From the NCBI GenBank assembly GCA_964619725.1, contig CAZUFC010000143.1, forward strand, positions 1 through 19,163: a stretch of DNA of 19,163 nt, read 5' to 3'. This stretch comes from an uncultured bacterium. GTDB lineage: Bacteria; CSSED10-310; CAZUFC01. The translations under genes and the position numbers were made by a program. The notes beneath the pieces were generated by a model. That model had not been told where the DNA came from. It saw only the letters and a list, made by a program, of their open reading frames with translations, and searched no databases. Every line of letters begins with the position of its first letter. Positions within the stretch are counted from its first letter, which is position 1. Shown one piece after another: positions 1 to 7,829 of this stretch.

Positions 1-453
1 TTCGTCAAACATTTCACAATTTTTTATCAGTCAATGTCAGGAGATGTGAAATTACCCTCCATGTGCACTTTAAATGGTGCACAAACTCGTTATTAAAACT
101 GAACCATACATGATATTGCCGGCGATGATCAGATACCCTTGTTTTTGGACAGCCTTTCGTTATTGGGGCATAAGAAAACAACCCCCTGGTCCGTTAATGC
201 TGAGGTTTCGCCTGCGTCTCGTTCCCGTATAAGCTCATGTTTTCGCCCTGTTGCCAGGGCGGTTCCAGAGCAGACAAAGGGTTTGAAAAAGTGTTGCACC
301 CATTTGATCGGTCACCATATCTTTAAATCAGGTTATGGTCCGTCGCCGGAATTTTATCCTGAACCATATCGTAAATATGTTCGATTCTCACCTCCCTTTC
401 AATTAATGTGGAGCAAAAAAGGCGACTGTTCTTACAGTATTTTGTTTATAGGT

Positions 454-508
454 AGTGCCTGTCCACTAACTCGATTCTCGATTCAAAATTTAATGCTGGA
501 CAGCCACT
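454..508. repeat. 55-bp mini-element with 12-bp terminal inverted repeats
   Basis: AGTGCCTGTCCA (454-465) and TGGACAGCCACT (497-508) are 11/12 complementary. The left end matches dispersed copies at 9131-9154 and 12796-12819. Confidence 0.65.
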
Positions 509-511
509 TGG

Positions 512-654
512 GTTTTTGATCCATAAACGGGCGAATTTATCTTAAAGCAATTAAGACAAGAATTTGCGAGGCAGGGGTAATGCATATACGTTGACTGATC
601 CAATCCGCAGCCAGACGCAGTATTGGGGGAAATTCGCCGTTTATGGACAAAAAC
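512..654. mobile_element. ~143-bp MITE-like palindromic element
   Basis: Arms GTTTTTGATCCATAAACGGGCGAATTT (512-538) and AAATTCGCCGTTTATGGACAAAAAC (630-654) pair at all 25 positions with two 1-nt bulges. The interior is non-coding. No clear target-site duplication. Confidence 0.6.
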
Positions 655-787
655 TAGGTAGCCGTGGTTTTTCCAGGGTCGCCGTCTTCTTTGGTAAGAG
701 GGGAATCGATACGCCGATTGTTATGATCGGCTCACTGAGTAAAATGTTATGAAAAAAGAGTAAATCCTGTTTGATCAGTCCTGGAAG

Positions 788-889
788 TTCGATTTCGATT
801 GCGATTACGATTGCGACCCCGACCCCGATACCGACCCCGATACCGATCCCGCCTCCGATTTCGAAACTCAACCCGACCCGGACCCCGAT
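788..889. repeat. Degenerate hexamer tandem repeat (nnCGAy), about 17 units
   Basis: CGA recurs every 6 nt from 790 to 844, then at 856, 862, 874 and 886. Confidence 0.9.
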
Positions 890-1028
890 GCTTAAACAAA
901 CGATCCTCGAAGAAAAAACAGCGTTGAATTCGTCAGACAGATAACTGCGGGCAAGGATCAGTTGTTTAATGGGGATTTCGATCAGTCAAGGGTTTTAAGA
1001 AAAAGTGCAGCCCCAAAATGATCAGTCG

Positions 1029-1149
1029 CAAAATTCCGTTTCTAATGTGAGACGGTTAATTTTCAAATACCGGTTTTTGCTTATACGAATGATTTAATAT
1101 TCCAGGCGTCCCTTCTGTCCCTTTGTCCCTTTGTCCTTTTGTCCCTTTG
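1029..1149 (-). repeat. Left copy of the ~120-bp inverted repeat flanking sppA, including 5 GTCCCT-core tandem units
   Basis: 1029-1115 matches the reverse complement of 4251-4337 at 75/87 nt without gaps. The GTCCCTTT-type tandem runs 1108-1149. Confidence 0.92.
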
Positions 1150-1167
1150 TATCTTCATTAATCTGAA

Positions 1168-3714
1168 TTAATTTTGGCGGTCCGACTGCGACAAGAGGAA
1201 GAGTTCCAGGTATTCGGATGGCATGATGGGCAGGGGTTTACCGTTATTTTTGAGGTAAATGTCGATCAGTTGCGATAGGGGTTCTTTCTGTTTTTTTATT
1301 TTAACCCCGAAGAGTTTGGGCATCAGGATACTGGTATCGAACAAATCGGGTTCGGGATATTCGATAATGTCGATTTTGACGTCTGGGGGGATTTCGGCTT
1401 TGACTCTGGCCAGTTCGACGGCGGTGTCCAGTCCTCCGATGAGGTCGACGAGTCCGGCTTCAATGCCGTCAATGCCTGACCATACTCGACCTTGTGCTAC
1501 CTTTTCGATCTCTTCGTAGTCCATGTTTCTGCCTTCGGCCACTTTTTCCACGAAATCGTGATAGAATGAGATGATGGTATCTTTCATGCGTTTTTGTTCT
1601 TTATCGGTGAGGTTTCGGTCGGGGAGAGTCATTCCGAGCAGGGGAATGCGGAAACCGAAGCCCAGATCGGCGTGTTCTCCGATTTTGACGTAGTCGGTGG
1701 TAACGCCTAATTTACTTTTGAAACCCTGGTCGTATAACCACCCGCCGATGACTCCGATGGAGCCTGTAATTGTGGTGGGAGCAGCTACGATCTGGTCGGC
1801 GTACATGGAGAGCCAGTAGCCCCCGGAGGCAGCGACCAGTCCTTGCGAGACTATGACGGGTTTTTTTTCGGTGCATTTTTTAACGGCTTCAGCGACGATA
1901 TCTGAAGCCAGTGCATCTCCTCCGGGCGAATCCACGCGCAGAACGACGGCTTCAATATCATCGTTCCTGGTTGCGCTTTGGACGTCTTTGACCAGCTTAC
2001 GTGCCGTTATTCCCTGGTCCATGGCGCAGACGCCCAGTGCATAAATGACGGCTATTTTCGGTCTTTCGCCCCAGTAGTCGTCGGTCGGCAGATGGAATTC
2101 ATCAAGCATGCCGGGTTGAACGAATTGTTTGTGCTCCTTCTTCAGTTCCTCTTTTTCCTCTTCGTCCCCTTCATCATCCTCGTCGCTCAGCATCTTGCGT
2201 ACGTCCTCCCAGTGCCCCAAACCATCCGCCAATCCCTGTTCCATGGCCGTTTCAGGCGTAAAAACAGTCACATCGTCAACCAGATTATCGAATTTTTCGT
2301 GAGTGATATTGCGGCTGTCGCAGATTTCTTTTTTTGCCGTGAAATACATGTCATCGAGGATGGCCAGGAGTTGTTCCTCTTCAGCATCGGACATGCTGTC
2401 CCGCGACAGCATCTCGGCCGCTGATTTATATTTCATGAACCTCCATTCGTCGAACCCTATCCCGAGTTTTTCCAGGGCGCCTTTAAAATAGTTATGTCCG
2501 AAGATGTAGCCCTGGAGCATGATCGTGCCTATGGGATCGAGGATGACTTTATCCGCTACGGAGGCGAAATGATATCCCGTTATATCGACGTTATCGATGT
2601 AGATGACCACTTCTTTTCCGGTTTCTTTGAATTCCGCGAGCTTCTGTCTTACTTCCCAGAGTTTTTCCCAATTTATCATCATTCCGGAAGTATTAATGAC
2701 TATGCCGCCTACGGAAGCGTCTTTTTCCGCAGCTTCGACGTAATCCAGAAGTCGGGCTAGAGTATTGGAGTCGTCGAACATAAGATAATTCTGATATTTC
2801 AGAGGTCCTTTCATGTCTAATTTCATGTATTTTTTGTCGCGGAAGGGACATTTTCCAAAGATATTTCTGTCCAGGGCGCCGACGCGAACTCCGAACGTAT
2901 TATACCCGTGGTCGCTTTCTTCATCGTAATGAGCCTGTGCGGTAACGCCGGCATAACCGAAGCTGAAATGGATTCCCACGGTGAACGATTCATCTTCGAA
3001 GTAGCGGCCGGCGAGCCGGATGCCGGGAAGAGGTTCGACCGCTGCGCCGGCGCTCCAGAATCCTTCGTCGAAGGTTTCACCGTCCTGGAGTGAATAATCG
3101 CCGAACAGGGAGAGTTTTTCGTTGCCGAAGGGTCGAACGGCCAGTTCCGCTATTCCTTCCTTGCCGGAGGAAGATGTTTCAAATAGGCCCGAAGCGCCGA
3201 GAGACAGATAGGGAAAAGGCCGGTACAAGGTTCCGATGGAAAAGATACTTTCACGATCGAATTCATCCTTGTCGCCGGATGACCAGCCGTAACCCAGCCC
3301 GAAACCGACTTCCCTGGTTCCGCCGGCAAGCGAAAGACGGAAATCCGTAACGCTTGCATCGCCGGCCTCTTCACGCATCACGCCGAAACCGAAATTAGGC
3401 AGGCTGGAAATGTAAGCCCAACGGTTTATATCGTTCCAATAACCGTCCTCTTCATCAGTATCGTCGCCATCGGTGTTTTCTTCATCTGACGGTAAGGCCG
3501 TATCCTGTTCCGACCAGGTAAAATACAGACTGGGCTCATGCACATAGGTCAGGACGGCTGGATTGACCAGACCGTAAAGGCCGAATCCCATAGCCCCGGG
3601 CGACGTCAGCAGATAATTGTAACGTTGATGGTATCCGCCGGTCTTTTCTTCGGCAAGTCCTGCCGCCGCAAGCATTACGATCGTCAGCATGACTGTTGCA
3701 AGAATCTTTTTCAT
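1168..3714 (-). CDS. sppA: Signal peptide peptidase SppA (peptidase S49, two-domain long form) with signal peptide and an extra ~260-aa N-terminal beta-strand-rich domain
   Basis: 848-aa ORF. S49 motifs: LRVDSPGG, AASGGYW (catalytic Ser), TITGSIGV, KYKSAAE (Lys base), VAQGRVWSG, GLVDLIGGL. The first S49 repeat (YHFASVADKVILDPIG) lacks the Ser. Signal peptide MKKILATVMLTIVMLAAAGLA; GAAAGGCGG upstream of the ATG. Confidence 0.93.
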   Translation of the reverse strand: MKKILATVMLTIVMLAAAGLAEEKTGGYHQRYNYLLTSPGAMGFGLYGLVNPAVLTYVHEPSLYFTWSEQDTALPSDEENTDGDDTDEEDGYWNDINRWAYISSLPNFGFGVMREEAGDASVTDFRLSLAGGTREVGFGLGYGWSSGDKDEFDRESIFSIGTLYRPFPYLSLGASGLFETSSSGKEGIAELAVRPFGNEKLSLFGDYSLQDGETFDEGFWSAGAAVEPLPGIRLAGRYFEDESFTVGIHFSFGYAGVTAQAHYDEESDHGYNTFGVRVGALDRNIFGKCPFRDKKYMKLDMKGPLKYQNYLMFDDSNTLARLLDYVEAAEKDASVGGIVINTSGMMINWEKLWEVRQKLAEFKETGKEVVIYIDNVDITGYHFASVADKVILDPIGTIMLQGYIFGHNYFKGALEKLGIGFDEWRFMKYKSAAEMLSRDSMSDAEEEQLLAILDDMYFTAKKEICDSRNITHEKFDNLVDDVTVFTPETAMEQGLADGLGHWEDVRKMLSDEDDEGDEEEKEELKKEHKQFVQPGMLDEFHLPTDDYWGERPKIAVIYALGVCAMDQGITARKLVKDVQSATRNDDIEAVVLRVDSPGGDALASDIVAEAVKKCTEKKPVIVSQGLVAASGGYWLSMYADQIVAAPTTITGSIGVIGGWLYDQGFKSKLGVTTDYVKIGEHADLGFGFRIPLLGMTLPDRNLTDKEQKRMKDTIISFYHDFVEKVAEGRNMDYEEIEKVAQGRVWSGIDGIEAGLVDLIGGLDTAVELARVKAEIPPDVKIDIIEYPEPDLFDTSILMPKLFGVKIKKQKEPLSQLIDIYLKNNGKPLPIMPSEYLELFLLSQSDRQN

Positions 3715-3819
3715 GTTTTCCGCCTTTCGTGAAGAACCGTATATTTCTGGAAACTTTTTTCGCTATAGAGTTTTGCTCCATTTAATTTCACAGCGAAATG
3801 AAGTCATCAAGCCGTCATG

Positions 3820-3847
3820 ATTATACACATTGCCGCCGTATATTCAA
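3820..3847 (-). promoter_or_regulatory. Candidate sigma70 promoter for sppA
   Basis: Minus strand TTGAAT (3847-3842), 16-nt spacer, TATAAT (3825-3820), about 105 bp upstream of the sppA start. Confidence 0.5.
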
Positions 3848-4024
3848 ATATCCAATCTTTCGGGCGCTGTTTGGTCTGCAGGAAAAAAAATATCCGCGAA
3901 ACTTCACGAATCTACGCGAAAAAAAGAGCTCGATATCCCTAAGTCGACGGGTTCATATTTGACATTGAAACTGATCAATCAGATGTTGCACTTTTTCCAA
4001 AATGTTTGACGGTTAATTCACGTG

Positions 4025-4074
4025 ATCGGCGTCGGGATCGGTACCTGTATCGAAATCGAAATCGGTATCGAAAT
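4025..4074. repeat. Degenerate hexamer tandem repeat (rTCGnn), about 8 units; inverted counterpart of 788-889
   Basis: TCG at 4026, 4032, 4038, 4050, 4056, 4062 and 4068. Confidence 0.85.
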
Positions 4075-4200
4075 ATGTAATTGAAAGGAGATTTGTTTTG
4101 TCCTGATCATATTTTCAAAACTTCTTATTTATTCACGGCTGCGAAAATTAGAACCTCGAAAAACGAATATCTGATCAGTCCGGAATTTTTATGCGAAGAA

Positions 4201-4337
4201 AGGGACAAAGGGACAAAGGGACCTAAGGGACCTAAGGGACCTAAGGGACGGAAGGGACGCTTGGAATATTAAATCATTGGTATAATCAAAAGCCGGCATC
4301 TGAAAATTAACCGTATCAGGAGATAAACGGAATTTTG
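4201..4337 (+). repeat. Right copy of the inverted repeat flanking sppA, including 7 AGGGAC-core tandem units
   Basis: AGGGAC at 4201, 4209, 4217, 4226, 4235, 4244 and 4253 (8-9 nt period), followed by the unique part homologous to the left copy. Confidence 0.92.
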
Positions 4338-4428
4338 GGGTTAGGATCAGTTTGGTTACAGGGGATTTCATTTAGGCGCTATTTTTACCGGAAGGAACTG
4401 CTGCCGCTTTTTGAACAGTCCCATTATT

Positions 4429-5325
4429 TTACTTATAGATTCTTTTGACGGCTTTTTCTACAGGGGTTCGCCATTTGTTGTGGAACCAGAAATAGTATTC
4501 TGGATGCTCCGCCGCTGCTTTTTCTATTTTCCGGTTCAGCAGTTTCGTAATTCTTTGGACTTCATCCTCGACAGTGGCGTCCATATTCGGATAAACCGGC
4601 GGATCGAAGCGCATTTTGTGAATACCTTTTTCATTTCTTCGTGATACGAGAAAAATAATGGGCGCCTGTGCTTTGACGGAAAGTATGGCCGGACCGGTAT
4701 GAGTTGACGCGGGTTTTCCGAAGAAAGGCACAAAAAGTCCTTTTTTGCCGGCATCCTGGTCCATCAGTATGCCGATATTTCCGCCTTGTTTCAGCAGGTT
4801 GAGTATTTTCAAAGTCGATTTGCCTCTTTCAATAAGTCCGACGCCTTTTTTGTTGCGAATTCGGGTGTAAAAGCAGTCGATGAGGATATTGTGTAAACGG
4901 GCCACGACGTATGTTAAGGGATATCCGTTGAGCGCCATGGGAAGTCCCATCATTTCCCAGTTGCCGAAATGACCGCCGACGAGAATGACTCCCTGGCCCT
5001 TTTTCTGCAGTTCTTCAAAATAATCGAAACCGTCGACTTCCATAAAATGTTGCATATTGTCGGCGGTTATCTCATCAAACCGGATATACTCAATCAAGTT
5101 TAGTCCCAGGTTAACGCACATCTCTTGTATTATCCGGTCAATCTGGTCCTGCGTTTTACCGGGAAAAGCGATCTTCAAATTTTTTCGGGCGACGTTGCGC
5201 CTGATGCCGGTAAGATAAGCCAGTCGACCCAGGCAGCGACCCAGAAAAAGGGCTGCCTGACGAGGCATTTTTTTTATAAACCAGGAAAGAGTGATCAAGG
5301 TATAATAGCCTATGAGATCGAACAT
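4429..5325 (-). CDS. lpxL: Lipid A late acyltransferase (LpxL/HtrB/LpxP family)
   Basis: 298 aa with an N-terminal membrane helix and motifs GHFGNWE (H-x4-E), ILMDQ, FVPFFGKPA and PEYYFWFHNKWR. Lies 5 bp downstream of lpxK. Acyl-chain specificity cannot be read from the sequence. Confidence 0.88.
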   Translation of the reverse strand: MFDLIGYYTLITLSWFIKKMPRQAALFLGRCLGRLAYLTGIRRNVARKNLKIAFPGKTQDQIDRIIQEMCVNLGLNLIEYIRFDEITADNMQHFMEVDGFDYFEELQKKGQGVILVGGHFGNWEMMGLPMALNGYPLTYVVARLHNILIDCFYTRIRNKKGVGLIERGKSTLKILNLLKQGGNIGILMDQDAGKKGLFVPFFGKPASTHTGPAILSVKAQAPIIFLVSRRNEKGIHKMRFDPPVYPNMDATVEDEVQRITKLLNRKIEKAAAEHPEYYFWFHNKWRTPVEKAVKRIYK

Positions 5326-5330
5326 AACGT

Positions 5331-6422
5331 TTATTCTCCGTCGGCGGATTCTACCGTTTTTTCGATAAGTCTGACGAATTGGTCTTTTTTGTCCGTGAAT
5401 TCAAGTTTGACGGTCAACATTGAAATATCGTCCGTGAGTTCCTTAAAATCCAGCAGCCGGACCGCGTCTTTTGCCGTGGTTATCACTCTGTCGGCGCCGG
5501 CATTCTTCGATTCCTCCAGCAAACGCTCAACATCTTTACGATCATAACGGTAATGATCTGGGAATGCCTTGAAATACAAAATGTTTGCCCCTACTTGCTC
5601 CATCGTCTTTTTAAATGATTCCGGTCGCCCTATGCCGGCGAAAGCGGCTGTTCTCATTCCTTGTAAAACAGCTAATTTTTCGGGAAGGCAGGTTTTAAGA
5701 TTCATCAGGCGGTCCGGTCGATGCCTGCAAAAGAAAAGGGGAGCATTTTCATTATATTTTTTAAGGTTTTCTGTAAGCGCTGTCCTATTTTCTATACGAT
5801 CATTATGCGTTACGACGATGGCGCCGGCTCTCTTGATGCCGGAGAGCGGTTCGCGTAAGGGGCCGGCAGGAAGTATCCCGGCGTCCAGACCGGACTTTTC
5901 GCCGTCGATCACCAGGATGTTCAACTGCCTATGAAGCTGAATGTGCTGATAAGCATCATCCAGGATGATAACGCCGGGGTGAAATGTTTTTTCGGCGAGA
6001 AGTCCGGCTTCATAACGGTCGGCTCCTACAATAACGGGTATGCTTTTTAACAGCCGGGCCATCTGATAAGGTTCGTCGCCCGCTTCCCGGGGAGTCGCCC
6101 GAATTTTTTCTCCGTCCGTCACGATCATAGGGTCTGAATCTCTTATACCCTTGTACCCCCGGCTTATGATGACGGGATGCTTTCCGGAACGAGCGTAAAA
6201 TTCAGCTATCCACATGGCAAGAGGCGTCTTTCCCGCGCCGCCTGCCGTAATATTTCCGACAGCCGTCACCGGCGTATCAAGCCTTTTCGTTTGTAATATT
6301 CCTCTCCTGTAAGCTATCTCACGCGATTTAACAATACCCGCATAAAGATAGGATAAAGGCAGCGTCCAGATTCTACCGAAAACTTTCTGTTCCACGCTGT
6401 TATGTTGATTTATTGCAGCCAA
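5331..6422 (-). CDS. lpxK: Tetraacyldisaccharide 4'-kinase
   Basis: Motifs VGNITAGGAGKTP (P-loop), ISRGY, AGDEP, LDDAYQH, LPAGPLRE, FAGIGRP, FPDHY, TTAKDAVRL. TTG start preceded by GAGAGGT. Confidence 0.96.
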   Translation of the reverse strand: MAAINQHNSVEQKVFGRIWTLPLSYLYAGIVKSREIAYRRGILQTKRLDTPVTAVGNITAGGAGKTPLAMWIAEFYARSGKHPVIISRGYKGIRDSDPMIVTDGEKIRATPREAGDEPYQMARLLKSIPVIVGADRYEAGLLAEKTFHPGVIILDDAYQHIQLHRQLNILVIDGEKSGLDAGILPAGPLREPLSGIKRAGAIVVTHNDRIENRTALTENLKKYNENAPLFFCRHRPDRLMNLKTCLPEKLAVLQGMRTAAFAGIGRPESFKKTMEQVGANILYFKAFPDHYRYDRKDVERLLEESKNAGADRVITTAKDAVRLLDFKELTDDISMLTVKLEFTDKKDQFVRLIEKTVESADGE

Positions 6423-6491
6423 GATTCAACCTCTCGCCGGTCGATACTGTTCGCCGGGTATCCAAGCGACGAAGGCGTAAGCATAATCGCC

Positions 6492-7829
6492 CTATTCCCC
6501 GGTCCTTTCCGGACCATAAGGCAATGCCGTCTTTAATTCATCCAGACACCTGCGGACAGCGCCCCGATTTTCATATATGGCCTGGCGACCCGCTTCACCG
6601 GCTTTTTTTCGTTTCCCCTCATCCTGAAATAGCTCCAGTAATCGCTCATAGAGCTCATTTTCATTTTTGATTTCAAAAGCCGCACCACGATCCTTCAACA
6701 ATGCGGCCGATTCTTTAAAATTATACATATGAGGTCCGAACAGGACGGGCAGGGAGAAGGCTGCCGGTTCAAGAATGTTCTGACCGCCGTGCGGAACCAG
6801 GCTTCCGCCCACAAAGGCAGCGTCGCCGGCCTGGTAGGCGGCCGCCAGTTCGCCCATAGTGTCCAGGATAATCACGTTTCTGGCTGTTTCATCGCTTCCG
6901 GTCCGGTTCGCATCCGGTTCACGCGGCATTTCCGATTTTAATGTGAATTCGATGTTTTTTGTTTTCAGACTCTCTTGAATTTCCGGGACTCTTTTCAAAT
7001 GCCTGGGCGCTATGATGAAGAACAGGCCGGGAATTTTTTCGCGGAGTCTGGAGTAAACGTCGACCAACCATTCATTTTCCCTGCCGTGTAAACTTCCGGC
7101 TATAAAAACAGGCTGATCGTTTTGTATCCCCAGTCTCCTTCGCCAGTCATTCTTTTCGACTTTTTCAATCCTCTGCAAAACCCCGTCATATTTCAGATTG
7201 CCGATTAGTTTAACCTTGTCCGGGGGCGCTCCGAGTTTAACTATTTTTGAGCAATCATCACCGGACTGCATCAGAAACCGGTAGAATTTTCCCAGTACTT
7301 TTTTCATGAATTTCCGGAACCGGAAATATCCTTTAAAAGAGTTATCGGAAATTCTTCCATTTATCAGAAATACTTTACAGTCGAATTTTTGCGCTGACTT
7401 GAGGAAGTTGGGCCAGATTTCCGTTTCCATCAAAAGCGCGCAACAGGGTCTGAGACGTTTCATAATACAGTCGGCGTTGCCGGGAAAGTCCAATGGGAAA
7501 AAAATAACCGCGTCCGCCCTCTTCGTTTCAGCCAGCGCTCTCCCGGTATCGGTCGTCACTGTCAGCAGTATTTTCAGTTTGGGATAAAAACGGCGAAGAG
7601 CCTCAATAATAACGGATGCCACATTAACTTCTCCGACGGAAACCCCGTGTATCCATATCCACTCATCATCGCCTTTCAGGGGAAAATTTTCAGGCAGAAA
7701 GCCGAAGCGTTCTTTTATTCCGGTACGATATCTTCCCTGAAATATCATTTTATAGAAGAAAAACGGCAAACCCATGAGGAAAGCCAGGGTGAAAAGCAGA
7801 TTATAAACGAGGTAACTCATAACGATCAT
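6492..7829 (-). CDS. waaA: 3-deoxy-D-manno-octulosonate (Kdo) transferase
   Basis: Motifs WIHGVSVGE, FPLD, ETEIWPN, NGRIS, GNLKYD, APRH, DTMGEL, FVGGSLVPHGGQNILEPA, GPHMYNF. The ATG at 7829 overlaps the lpxB stop (ATGA); 7820 is an alternative start. Confidence 0.96.
   Translation of the reverse strand: MIVMSYLVYNLLFTLAFLMGLPFFFYKMIFQGRYRTGIKERFGFLPENFPLKGDDEWIWIHGVSVGEVNVASVIIEALRRFYPKLKILLTVTTDTGRALAETKRADAVIFFPLDFPGNADCIMKRLRPCCALLMETEIWPNFLKSAQKFDCKVFLINGRISDNSFKGYFRFRKFMKKVLGKFYRFLMQSGDDCSKIVKLGAPPDKVKLIGNLKYDGVLQRIEKVEKNDWRRRLGIQNDQPVFIAGSLHGRENEWLVDVYSRLREKIPGLFFIIAPRHLKRVPEIQESLKTKNIEFTLKSEMPREPDANRTGSDETARNVIILDTMGELAAAYQAGDAAFVGGSLVPHGGQNILEPAAFSLPVLFGPHMYNFKESAALLKDRGAAFEIKNENELYERLLELFQDEGKRKKAGEAGRQAIYENRGAVRRCLDELKTALPYGPERTGE

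Noticed and set aside
139-752. Plus-strand ORFs 139..519 and 564..752
   Set aside because: They have TTG starts, no RBS and no recognisable motifs, and they run through palindromic repeat elements.
641-871. 76-aa ORF with GIGIGVGIGVGVAIVIAIEIE, resembling a membrane peptide
   Set aside because: It is the translation of the hexamer DNA repeat and adjacent repeat modules, with a TTG start and no convincing RBS.
453-4369. CRISPR array or integron attC array as the explanation for the repeats
   Set aside because: There are no equal-length direct repeats with regular unique spacers, no cas or intI gene, no RYYYAAC...GTTRRRY-bounded sites, and no cassette ORFs between modules.
4081-4371. ORFs with collagen-like KGPKGPKGP (+) and SLRSLRSLR (-)
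   Set aside because: Both are by-products of the 9-nt AGGGACCTA repeat. The homologous left copy has mostly 8-nt units, which break the frame.
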